Below, one piece after another: positions 19,209 to 27,256 of a DNA stretch of 64,000 bases. Origin of the DNA: a virus; IMG/VR virus record IMGVR_UViG_3300045988_139474, positions 88,908 through 152,907 of that record, one strand, 5' to 3'. The notes under the pieces were generated by a model. That model had not been told where the DNA came from and made no database searches. It worked only from the letters and a program-made list of their open reading frames with translations. Position 1 is the first letter of the stretch; each line of letters begins with the position of its first letter. The position numbers and the translations under genes were made by a program.

Positions 19209-19658
19209 ATGATTAATCTCAAAAATATCTCAGGCTCCATGCTCATCTTTTACGGCATGTTGGAGAGCGGTTCAGCTGTCTTCTTCAAGCCTGACGAAAC
19301 CCTTGAATTCAGCGAAGCTGAGTTGAACGGCAACTGGCGCAAGACCCTTGCTAAATACGGCTCAACAAGCATTGAAATTGTTGAAGCTGTTAGCAAGGCG
19401 GAATCGAAGCCTAAGGCCGAAACATCTAAAAAGCCTGCCGGCAAACCAGCTGCTGACTCGAAAGGCGAAACAAAGACTTCAACGCCTGCTAAGCCTAATG
19501 CAGACACCAAATCAGATGCTACTAAGTCTGAGGACAAGTCTGATGCTAACCCTAAAGGTGAAGGCAAGGCTGAAACATCTACTGACCCTGAGGGCGAAGG
19601 CAAAGGTGAAACACCGCCTGCTAAACCTGACGGAAAACCTGAGGCTGAGGACAAATAA
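19209..19658 (+). CDS. small head-module protein, paralog B (folded N-domain plus K/E/P-rich tail)
   Basis: 149 aa with RBS AAGAGG. The N-terminal domain is roughly 40 percent identical by eye to the 15254 protein. The tail is lysine, proline and acidic low complexity. Confidence 0.6.
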   Translation: MINLKNISGSMLIFYGMLESGSAVFFKPDETLEFSEAELNGNWRKTLAKYGSTSIEIVEAVSKAESKPKAETSKKPAGKPAADSKGETKTSTPAKPNADTKSDATKSEDKSDANPKGEGKAETSTDPEGEGKGETPPAKPDGKPEAEDK

Positions 19659-19696
19659 GCCATTCGCAGAATTTGTCTGCGGCTAATCTCTTGAGA

Positions 19697-19800
19697 GGTT
19701 AGCACAACTGCTTACAACTATGTTAACCCAACCGACCTTTTGTCCCTTTTCATCGTGTTAATCAGTTTGTCTAGGCAGTTGTGCTAACCTTTTATTTTTC
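19697..19800 (+). terminator. long inverted repeat plus T-run (terminator or structured RNA)
   Basis: Arms GGTTAGCACAACTGC (19697-19711) and GCAGTTGTGCTAACC (19775-19789) form a perfect 15-bp stem, extendable with G-U pairs. The loop is 63 nt and is followed by TTTTATTTTT. Confidence 0.5.
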
Positions 19801-19812
19801 CAGGGGAATCCT

Positions 19813-20364
19813 ATGAGATTGATTGATTTAGTTTCACGCACCAGCGATTTACGCAATCGCCAATACAAAACAGGTGCCGTGACTCAAGTTGAGTACTCTT
19901 ACTCGCGCAAAAACAGAATCCTCTATGTTACGGCTCGAATCAAGTCAGCCTCATCCAATACCGTTTACAAGACTATGTTGGGCTTCAAAGGCGTGAACTG
20001 GTCAAAAGAGCGTGGTGGCGATTTCATCGTCAAATATACGGAGGATGGCGAAGTCATCTGGCTCAACCGTCCGTCCGTATTGATGGAAGTTGTAACGCGT
20101 TGTCAATGCCAAGACTTCAGACACCGATTCATGTGGCAAGACAAAAGCGTGAAATCCCTACACGGCAAGGCTATCCCATATACCAGAGTGCCAGGCAGTA
20201 ATAGACCGCCTGCAAACCCTTTAGGGGATACTGGTTGGGGCTTCTGTAAGCATGAGCTTGCTTTAGTTAAACATCTGCGCAAAAATTACATCTTAGGCCG
20301 AAACGCCGTGGTTGATACTTATTTGCGCAAACGTGAAAGGAAGCCAGGTGAACCCCGTAAATAA
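19813..20364 (+). CDS. SWIM zinc-finger protein
   Basis: 183 aa. CQCQDF ... FCKHELA fits the CxCxnCxH SWIM signature. Confidence 0.55.
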   Translation: MRLIDLVSRTSDLRNRQYKTGAVTQVEYSYSRKNRILYVTARIKSASSNTVYKTMLGFKGVNWSKERGGDFIVKYTEDGEVIWLNRPSVLMEVVTRCQCQDFRHRFMWQDKSVKSLHGKAIPYTRVPGSNRPPANPLGDTGWGFCKHELALVKHLRKNYILGRNAVVDTYLRKRERKPGEPRK

Positions 20365-20644
20365 ATTGAGACAACTGCTTGAAACTAGTAACTCATACGT
20401 CAAGAAGCGCGTGTTGCGCGTGAGAAACGGTAAAAAGGAGCTAGTCACGCAGAAAGTCTATAAAGAGCCATGCCGTGACGGTTGGCGGAGAGACCCGAAA
20501 ACCGACAGATGTGTCAAGATGTCGCCTCAGGAGATTCGCAACCGCAAGCTGGCTGCTAAGAAAACCGCACGGAATCCTATGACCAAGCGCAACCGCTCAA
20601 TCAGCCTGAGACGGCGTAGCCAATGGGGATTGAACAAGAAATGA
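20348..20644 (+). CDS. small highly basic protein
   Basis: GTG at 20348 with RBS AAGGAAG 5 nt upstream (the ORF-track start at 20312 has none). R/K-rich throughout, possibly DNA-associated. Confidence 0.4.
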   Translation: MNPVNKLRQLLETSNSYVKKRVLRVRNGKKELVTQKVYKEPCRDGWRRDPKTDRCVKMSPQEIRNRKLAAKKTARNPMTKRNRSISLRRRSQWGLNKK

Positions 20645-21258
20645 TAACATACCAAGACATTCTCTATTCCGTCCTGTTGGAAACAGGTCAATGGATTGGA
20701 GGCCTTGAAGCGACAGCCATCTCAAAACAACAGATGGATATCATCATCAAGCGTGAATTAGGCCAATATTCCCGATTCTTTCCGAATGTAGTTACACGCA
20801 CGCTACCAATCGGCGGACAATACCGATTCAGCGAAGAGGTTGACGGCCAGATTCCCCTACAGGTGACTAGCGTAGCAGCTGACAATAACGCTTATACGGC
20901 TGGCTATCGAAGAGGGAACAACACCATCGGTATCTCAAACTGGCAATACAATGCACCAGTCCTACAATTACGCTATCCTAGCATGTCTGACCGTCTGTAT
21001 ATTGTATCCTATACTGTACCGCATGTTTACAAAGATGATGTAATCCAAACGATTGATATTGAGAATTACAAGTTCATGAGTCTGGTTGCTGCTAGATTCA
21101 TGATTACATTAGGCCGTTCACGCAGGGCTTTCTTGCTTAATGACCTGCCCTTCCAAATGGACTCAGACATGCTGATTACAGAAGGCCAAGACCTGTACGA
21201 ACGCACAATGGAAGACATCAGGACTAACTCATCGTTTTATCTGGCTATTTTACACTAG
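20623..21258 (+). CDS. hypothetical structural protein (head completion or adaptor candidate)
   Basis: 211 aa. An alternative ATG at 20641 makes an ATGA overlap with the previous stop. Call is by position only. Confidence 0.5.
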   Translation: MGIEQEMITYQDILYSVLLETGQWIGGLEATAISKQQMDIIIKRELGQYSRFFPNVVTRTLPIGGQYRFSEEVDGQIPLQVTSVAADNNAYTAGYRRGNNTIGISNWQYNAPVLQLRYPSMSDRLYIVSYTVPHVYKDDVIQTIDIENYKFMSLVAARFMITLGRSRRAFLLNDLPFQMDSDMLITEGQDLYERTMEDIRTNSSFYLAILH

Positions 21259-21269
21259 GAGGCTGGTTT

Positions 21270-21800
21270 ATGTCCTATGCTGTAACATTGCATGAGAAGC
21301 ACGAAAAGGCTGCTTCTAGGCATACCGCCGTTGTCGTAAATAATGCTTTGAAATTCTCAGGCACTGAAGTCCTTATCTTTCGGCCTAAAATTGAGCTCAC
21401 AACTGATGAAGTGTACGGTATCTATGCTGGCTCAGACCTCAGGGAATCCAATTCCTACTCAATCTATGATAGGGGCAGGGAGACTGAGGACATTATTGAG
21501 ATAACAGGCACTGAATCCTCGACTGATAATGACCAGGAATACGCTTACAATGACCCAGTCAAGTGCCTAGCCTTGATAACCGCCAATACATGGCGTCAGA
21601 TAGACGGCGTAGCAGACGGTTTCTTTGAAGACCCAATTGATTTATGGTGTAGTGCTAAGGTTGATATTGAGCCTGGTGACGTAGTTCAGATTACAAGGGA
21701 TGATGGCGAATCACTCCGATTCAAAGTCATTGCCGCCAAGACTATCGGCGCGTCAACTGATATCGTCAGAAAACTTCAACTTTCCAACGTGGGGGATTGA
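21270..21800 (+). CDS. hypothetical structural protein
   Basis: 176 aa with RBS AGGAGG upstream. Confidence 0.6.
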   Translation: MSYAVTLHEKHEKAASRHTAVVVNNALKFSGTEVLIFRPKIELTTDEVYGIYAGSDLRESNSYSIYDRGRETEDIIEITGTESSTDNDQEYAYNDPVKCLALITANTWRQIDGVADGFFEDPIDLWCSAKVDIEPGDVVQITRDDGESLRFKVIAAKTIGASTDIVRKLQLSNVGD

Positions 21801-21802
21801 CC

Positions 21803-22519
21803 ATGGCTACAACTGTAATTGCACCTGCGGACATATTCGTCACGATACTGCGGGCAATAGCCGTGCAATATCCATTCATCAAAGAGACCGTCTTTGACCC
21901 AACTCTGGATTATGAGCACACTGTAGCCCTCAACCGACTGAATAACGATACGCCAACCATTGAAAAGTCAAAATTGCCTTTGTTGTCTTGGAATCGTTCG
22001 CCGTTCAGGAAAGCTGGGACAGGCCGTTATCATAATTTCAAAGCCTACAACGGCAAGGCCGTACAAGACGTGAACTTTTCCGTGTTGGAAGCTGATTTCC
22101 GCTTCTCCCTCTTCACGTCAACAATGATTGATATCGAAAAGTTTGAGCTGGACTGGTACTTGAACAAAGGTATCCGTACAATCAATAAGGTTGAGATTGA
22201 AGTTGAGAATGAAAAGGTCAGCTACTCAATCATCTGGGGAGACAATCTTGATGATGTCCTCTGGAACTTGGAGAGCAACTATTACAAGGCCTTATCAGGT
22301 ACAGCCATGATTGTTGGCCCACTCATCCGTATTGACACTGATGAATCTGAAGACGCCAAGTCAGGCTTGATTGAAAGTATCAAGTTTTCTTTCATGAACT
22401 GTTACGGCGATGAGGTCACTCTATCCGAGTTGAAACCTGACCCGAATGACCCTCCAACCAATCCAGACAAGCTCAAACTGTTTGAACTCTGGAAACTAAG
22501 ACAGAAAGACCAAATATGA
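21803..22519 (+). CDS. hypothetical structural protein
   Basis: ATG at 21803 with RBS GGGGGA 6 nt upstream (the ORF-track start at 21797 is TTG). 238 aa. Confidence 0.55.
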   Translation: MATTVIAPADIFVTILRAIAVQYPFIKETVFDPTLDYEHTVALNRLNNDTPTIEKSKLPLLSWNRSPFRKAGTGRYHNFKAYNGKAVQDVNFSVLEADFRFSLFTSTMIDIEKFELDWYLNKGIRTINKVEIEVENEKVSYSIIWGDNLDDVLWNLESNYYKALSGTAMIVGPLIRIDTDESEDAKSGLIESIKFSFMNCYGDEVTLSELKPDPNDPPTNPDKLKLFELWKLRQKDQI

Positions 22520-22755
22520 GTGAACAAACAAAAGAACAACCGCAAGAGTCAGAAGTGAAGCCTGCAACCACTAAAAAGGCCGAAAAGAAAGCACCGAAAC
22601 TCATGCGAGTTTATAACCGTCGCAATGAAGACGCAATTTTGGGTGATGGTGAAGATGCTATCCTCATTCCGCCTCGTGGCCAAGTAGTAGTCAGCGAAGA
22701 GAATTTGCCTGAGGAATTGCCCGCAGGCGTTGTCGTTACTGACTTTACAGAGTAA
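22516..22755 (+). CDS. hypothetical small acidic protein
   Basis: 79 aa. Its start overlaps the previous gene by 4 nt (ATGA), suggesting translational coupling. Confidence 0.5.
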   Translation: MSEQTKEQPQESEVKPATTKKAEKKAPKLMRVYNRRNEDAILGDGEDAILIPPRGQVVVSEENLPEELPAGVVVTDFTE

Positions 22756-22831
22756 CACACAATTCAGAATCCTTCAGCTTGATTAGATTCAGGCTGAAAG
22801 ATAACCCATTAATTTTGATAGGAAAAAGACT

Positions 22832-24670
22832 ATGACTGCTGCTCGTGTCATCAAGCGAGAACAGGATTTGTCCATCTATGCCAATTCAACAGGTACTTAC
22901 TATGCTGCCATGGTCGTGCCTGCGTTAAAAGGTAAACGCAACAAAGCTCAGTTGATTGCTACTCGCAAACAGCTGCTGCGCATGCTTACTCCTAACGACC
23001 GTGTTGAAGTTGGTATGAATATGGCACTTTTTGGCGCACTCAACGTTCTGCAATCAACCAAGAATCTGGTTGTAGTAGTGCCTGAGACCAAAAATTGTAA
23101 ATATGCTGGCATCCAGTTCCATAAAGAAAACGCTCCACAACCAGTTTCAGACGGCCTAACGAATCCTGACGCTCACGAATTGGGTGCAAATTCGTTCCTG
23201 ATTGCCGCCTCTTCTCAAGGTGCTTGGGGTAATGACCTGTTCATTACCGTTCACAGCTACAAATTCATGGAGCAAGTTAAGGTTGAAGCCCAAACTACTC
23301 CTGCGGCCTTGAGCCTGCCTACAACTCAAGACTGGGGCAACGGTTTCCCAGTTCAGGTTTACGGCTCGAAGCTTCCTGCTGAAATCGACCCGAATGCTAC
23401 ATACTTCGTCATTCGTGACGGTAACAACAAAATCAAGCTGGCGAAAACTCAAGCTGACGCCTTGTCTGGCGAAACTTCTGCGGCTATTGAAGTCAAATCA
23501 ATCGAAGCCCAAACCCTGAACCTTTCCCCAGCTATTTACTACACGCGTGAACCTAACACTATGTGTATCCGCGTGTTTACCAAAAATGACCTGAACAACC
23601 CAGTCAAGACCTACATTGTTTCCAAGTCTCAATCTGCTAAGAATGAAGACGGCCGAACACTCTACATGGAAGACGTGATTACAGATGGTGAATTCATCAG
23701 CATTTTTGATAACACGCTCGTGTCTGACGCATATATCCGAGACATCATCAAGCCTGTACGCTTGTCTGGTGGCCATGACGGCGATGCCTTGACTACTGGT
23801 GATATGATTCGTGCCTTGCGCGCTTTGGATAATACCAAAGAGTTCAGCATTAAAGTGATTGGTGACTCAGGCTTTACTGTACCTGCTTACCATCATGCCC
23901 TGCTCGAATTGGCTAAGAAACGTGATGACTGTTTCGTTGCGCTTTCCGCTCCTCTTTCTACTCAACAAAGCCCAGATACAGCTGCTCAAGAGATTGTGAA
24001 CTACGTCAATTTCGTAGGTAATTTCAACACCTCTTGGGGCGGTATCTATGCGCCACACGTGAAGATTTATGACGAATTCAATGACCGTGAAGTCTTGATT
24101 TCACCTGATTCCGTTGCTATGCGCGCTATCTTGGATACTGCCTCCAACTATGAAATCTGGTATCCGCCTGCTGGTAACCGCCGTGGCGTTGTTTCCGCGC
24201 TGGACGCTAAAGTTCACTTGACTGATGCCGACCAAGACTTGCTGTACGACAACAACGTCAACCCAATCGTGTTTGACGCTGGTCAGGGTATCAAAATCTG
24301 GGGTCAGAAAACCCTTTACCGCACCCCATCCATGCTCGACCGTATCAATACTCGCATGATGCTCATTACAATTGGCCCAGCAATCAAAGAGTTGCTGCAT
24401 AGCTTCCTGTTTGAGTTCAATGATGAGGGCACACGCGCTATCGTCCGTGCATTGATTAAAACCTACATGGACGGCATTCAAGCTCGCAAGGGTGTTGAGA
24501 AATATGAGATTGTCTGCGATGAGACTAACAACACACCAGACCGTATCGACAATCATGAGCTGGTTGTAGATTTGCTGGTTTGTCCTAAATCTTCCATTGA
24601 GTACATTCCATTCACTATTGGCATCACTAACAACAGCATTAGCTTTGACTTGGCTAAACAGGCATTGTAA
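22832..24670 (+). CDS. contractile tail sheath protein
   Basis: 612 aa. The C-terminal signature NVNPIVFDAGQGIKIWGQKTLYRTPSMLDRINTRM is typical of phage and CIS sheath proteins. Confidence 0.85.
   Translation: MTAARVIKREQDLSIYANSTGTYYAAMVVPALKGKRNKAQLIATRKQLLRMLTPNDRVEVGMNMALFGALNVLQSTKNLVVVVPETKNCKYAGIQFHKENAPQPVSDGLTNPDAHELGANSFLIAASSQGAWGNDLFITVHSYKFMEQVKVEAQTTPAALSLPTTQDWGNGFPVQVYGSKLPAEIDPNATYFVIRDGNNKIKLAKTQADALSGETSAAIEVKSIEAQTLNLSPAIYYTREPNTMCIRVFTKNDLNNPVKTYIVSKSQSAKNEDGRTLYMEDVITDGEFISIFDNTLVSDAYIRDIIKPVRLSGGHDGDALTTGDMIRALRALDNTKEFSIKVIGDSGFTVPAYHHALLELAKKRDDCFVALSAPLSTQQSPDTAAQEIVNYVNFVGNFNTSWGGIYAPHVKIYDEFNDREVLISPDSVAMRAILDTASNYEIWYPPAGNRRGVVSALDAKVHLTDADQDLLYDNNVNPIVFDAGQGIKIWGQKTLYRTPSMLDRINTRMMLITIGPAIKELLHSFLFEFNDEGTRAIVRALIKTYMDGIQARKGVEKYEIVCDETNNTPDRIDNHELVVDLLVCPKSSIEYIPFTIGITNNSISFDLAKQAL
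23146..23157 (-). repeat. DNA uptake sequence, AG-DUS 12-mer (inside sheath gene)
   Basis: Exact match on the minus strand. Confidence 0.9.
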
Positions 24671-24687
24671 AGAGAGAGACCTACAAC

Positions 24688-25209
24688 ATGAGACCAACCT
24701 TTTCTCAAATTCGTTCTCTTGGTGACCCAGCCTTAAACAATGCTTGGTACATCCAATTTACCAAGATTCCTGCAGCTGCTGGTGTTACCACTGAAGATTT
24801 GAATTTCCGTTGCGAATCTAGCGACATCCCTAAAATGAGCGGTCAGAGCGTGCAAGTACAGATTCGTGGCTTGCCGCCTGTTAAGTATCCAGGCACTTAC
24901 GTTCCTGACGGTACTTTCACTCTGAACTTCACCGAGACTGAAGACAACAAAGTCACTGCGGCTATTGCAGCATTGCGTCAGCTTTGTTACGATTCCGAAA
25001 CAGGCGCAGGCCTTCCTAAGTCTGAGCTTGAGATTGAAGCTCGCTTGGTACGACTGAGCCGTCAAAACAAACCAATCTGGGAATACAACCTGCTTGGCGT
25101 GTTTATCGAATCGTATGACCCAGGTGGTCAATTACAAGGTGCGCAGGCTGATATCCTGAAGCCTAGTATGACTCTGTCTTATGACAGTTTCACCGAAAAA
25201 GCATTGTAA
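24688..25209 (+). CDS. tail tube protein (T4 gp19-like)
   Basis: 173 aa immediately after the sheath gene. LNFRCESSDIPKMSGQSVQVQIRG resembles the gp19-family N-terminal motif. Confidence 0.75.
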   Translation: MRPTFSQIRSLGDPALNNAWYIQFTKIPAAAGVTTEDLNFRCESSDIPKMSGQSVQVQIRGLPPVKYPGTYVPDGTFTLNFTETEDNKVTAAIAALRQLCYDSETGAGLPKSELEIEARLVRLSRQNKPIWEYNLLGVFIESYDPGGQLQGAQADILKPSMTLSYDSFTEKAL

Positions 25210-25238
25210 ACTGATTCAGACACCAGTCTGATTGAAAT

Positions 25239-25278
25239 AAACCCATTGACGCTCCAAGTGTTAATGGGTTTCTTTTTT
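25239..25278 (+). terminator. rho-independent terminator
   Basis: AAACCCATT / 15-nt loop / AATGGGTTT, followed by CTTTTTTG. Confidence 0.8.
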
Positions 25279-25299
25279 GTACACACTGAAGGAACAGCC

Positions 25300-25707
25300 A
25301 TGTATAACCTGTTAATTCCATTACATGTAATAGTGTCACGGATTCCTGAGGGCTTAGCAGACAAGACCTTATCTGAAGATGATGACTGGTTTTTCAGTTA
25401 CATGTCTCAGACAGAGGGTAACGAAGATTTGCTTGACACTCTAGATGTTCTTGTACGGCTCGAAAAGATACACATCAAGACTTTGACCCGCAAGAAGTTC
25501 ATCTCCATCTGGTTCAATGAGTATCCGCGTTCATTCATCGCTGATATTCTGACCACTAGTGATAACCCTCAATCAGTCATTGCTAAACGGTTGAACGATA
25601 CCGATGAGCTGTTACAAGTCTATCAGTTAACAGGCGATGAGATGGCTGAAGAGTATAACCTGCATTCAGCATACTCAATCAAGACGAAGAAGTGTTACAG
25701 ATTCTAA
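25300..25707 (+). CDS. hypothetical protein
   Basis: ATG at 25300 with RBS GAAGGA. The ORF-track start at 25246 lies inside the terminator hairpin. 135 aa. Confidence 0.5.
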   Translation: MYNLLIPLHVIVSRIPEGLADKTLSEDDDWFFSYMSQTEGNEDLLDTLDVLVRLEKIHIKTLTRKKFISIWFNEYPRSFIADILTTSDNPQSVIAKRLNDTDELLQVYQLTGDEMAEEYNLHSAYSIKTKKCYRF

Positions 25708-25860
25708 GTTATTAATATATAACTTGTGGTGTGTTATATATTGTATCACATCTATGAGTTTGGAATTGGACTTTTCGTGGATAATCCTTTGATTCACCAA
25801 AAGAATTTTTAGCCAAAATCCTGTATTTATGTTCGGAATCCTGTAGCCGCCAGTATCCTT
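25706..25860 (+). repeat. R-element copy 5 (minimal copy, no upstream module)
   Basis: Anchor at 25744-25757; V1 GATAATCCTTTGATTCACCAAAAG; V2 TGTAGCCGCCAGT. Ends 18 nt before the ATG at 25879. Confidence 0.9.
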
Positions 25861-25878
25861 ACCAACGAACGGAAGCAT

Positions 25879-26424
25879 ATGAAAGTATTAACACGCAGTA
25901 AGGTTGCCTCAGTTCAATGGGGTAGCCAGAATCAATGGAATGTATCATTCCCAAACAAGGGGGCTAACGAAAAAGTTGCCCCTCTTCCTAATCCTTTTGA
26001 TGACTGGTTTCCCGCCACTGACGTTACCTTGAATGAAGTGTCCCTTGAAACTGCTACCTCAAGGCTGGGATTGTCTGAGTTCAAATTCCCGCAGTCATAC
26101 TCTGCGCCTGATTTGACCTTAACAGTTGTGGATACAGAAGATGAAAAACTGTACCACTGGTACAAAGCTTGGGTGGACTACGTCAGGGGCGGTGACACCA
26201 TGAAAACCGTGGATGAGTCTTACAAGCTAGTCCAGATTGAGAGTTACTCAAAAACAGGCTCAAGTAAAACAGGCCTTCCTCACTCGATTGAAAGCCGTTG
26301 GAAGAGTAACGGCATTCGCACTTACAAGATAGTGCCAACAGGCATTGTAAGCTGGTCACGCGGTTCATCTGCTGAGACGGTGAATATTGCATTAACATTT
26401 GACATAGTAGGTATTGTACGATGA
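25879..26424 (+). CDS. hypothetical tail protein (tube-like or tube-initiator candidate)
   Basis: 181 aa with RBS GGAAG. Lies between the tube and tape measure genes. Confidence 0.45.
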   Translation: MKVLTRSKVASVQWGSQNQWNVSFPNKGANEKVAPLPNPFDDWFPATDVTLNEVSLETATSRLGLSEFKFPQSYSAPDLTLTVVDTEDEKLYHWYKAWVDYVRGGDTMKTVDESYKLVQIESYSKTGSSKTGLPHSIESRWKSNGIRTYKIVPTGIVSWSRGSSAETVNIALTFDIVGIVR

Positions 26425-27173
26425 TTCAAACAACAGGGGCTTACATTGTTGTAACCCAATTACCATCCAAATTCTTGTCTTATCCAGACAACGTATCAAT
26501 CAAATTCAAGCCGTATTCATTCGGAGAGATTGAACAGGCCTCCCAACTCAAGGGTGCGCCTGAAAAAGAGGTCATTCAAGCAGCCCAATCAGGCATTATT
26601 GTTGAGGGGATGGATTTCCTTGACCTTGAAGTAGCAGATTTTGCGTATCTCGTATTGCTGCGCCATCTGTCCACTTTCGACCGTACAAAATTTAACCTTG
26701 AATTTGAATGTCCTGTCTGCCAACACAAGAACAAGAAAGAAGTACACACTGACGAAGTGGAATTCAATGAGCTGAACGACCGCTTCAAGTCATTGCCCGT
26801 GAAATTCAACTTGTCTAATGGTGTTCCGATTGAAGTTGGCGGTTTCACTCTGCGAGACCGTCTGAAGCTCGTTGAAGCAGGCGAAGAGACCAATGACCTT
26901 GCTAATCTGGCTATTCGTATCAAGAACATGCCTTTTGAAGAGGCCAAGCTAGTGATTGCTGGCTTAGACTCAGGCGAAGATATTGACCTGCTGACTGTAG
27001 TCGCTTCTGAGCTTGACTTCAACACCCAATATGTCGTATCTACTTGCGACCATTGCCACGCTGATAACATTTCTATTGCATTGGAGGACATCTTAGAGAT
27101 TGCCACACCCTTTCGCCGAAACGCAAATGATGTTCTCAATCGCATACTTCCTAGCTCGCAATCAGGTAGTTGA
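26421..27173 (+). CDS. tail assembly chaperone candidate with two CxxC pairs
   Basis: 250 aa, directly upstream of the tape measure gene. Contains CPVCQH and CDHCH. A 55-codon open frame in the +1 register spans 27097-27262. Confidence 0.4.
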   Translation: MIQTTGAYIVVTQLPSKFLSYPDNVSIKFKPYSFGEIEQASQLKGAPEKEVIQAAQSGIIVEGMDFLDLEVADFAYLVLLRHLSTFDRTKFNLEFECPVCQHKNKKEVHTDEVEFNELNDRFKSLPVKFNLSNGVPIEVGGFTLRDRLKLVEAGEETNDLANLAIRIKNMPFEEAKLVIAGLDSGEDIDLLTVVASELDFNTQYVVSTCDHCHADNISIALEDILEIATPFRRNANDVLNRILPSSQSGS

Positions 27174-27256
27174 CCCTGTGACTTTGCGTAGGATGGATTG
27201 GTCGGAAGTCAATTACATGTGTGAACAATTATCCAAAGAATTAGAGGAATTGAACG

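Noticed and set aside
25840-25856. Possible mimicry of the Neisseria type II-C CRISPR repeat or tracrRNA: TGTAGCCGCC and TTGTAGGGAACA versus GTTGTAGCTCCC; ATTTTCGCAAGG versus CATTTCGCAGTG.
   Set aside because: Only 6-8-nt patches match, they lie in different copies, and they are not collinear with the repeat. This is below what chance would give in 1.7 kb of repeats.
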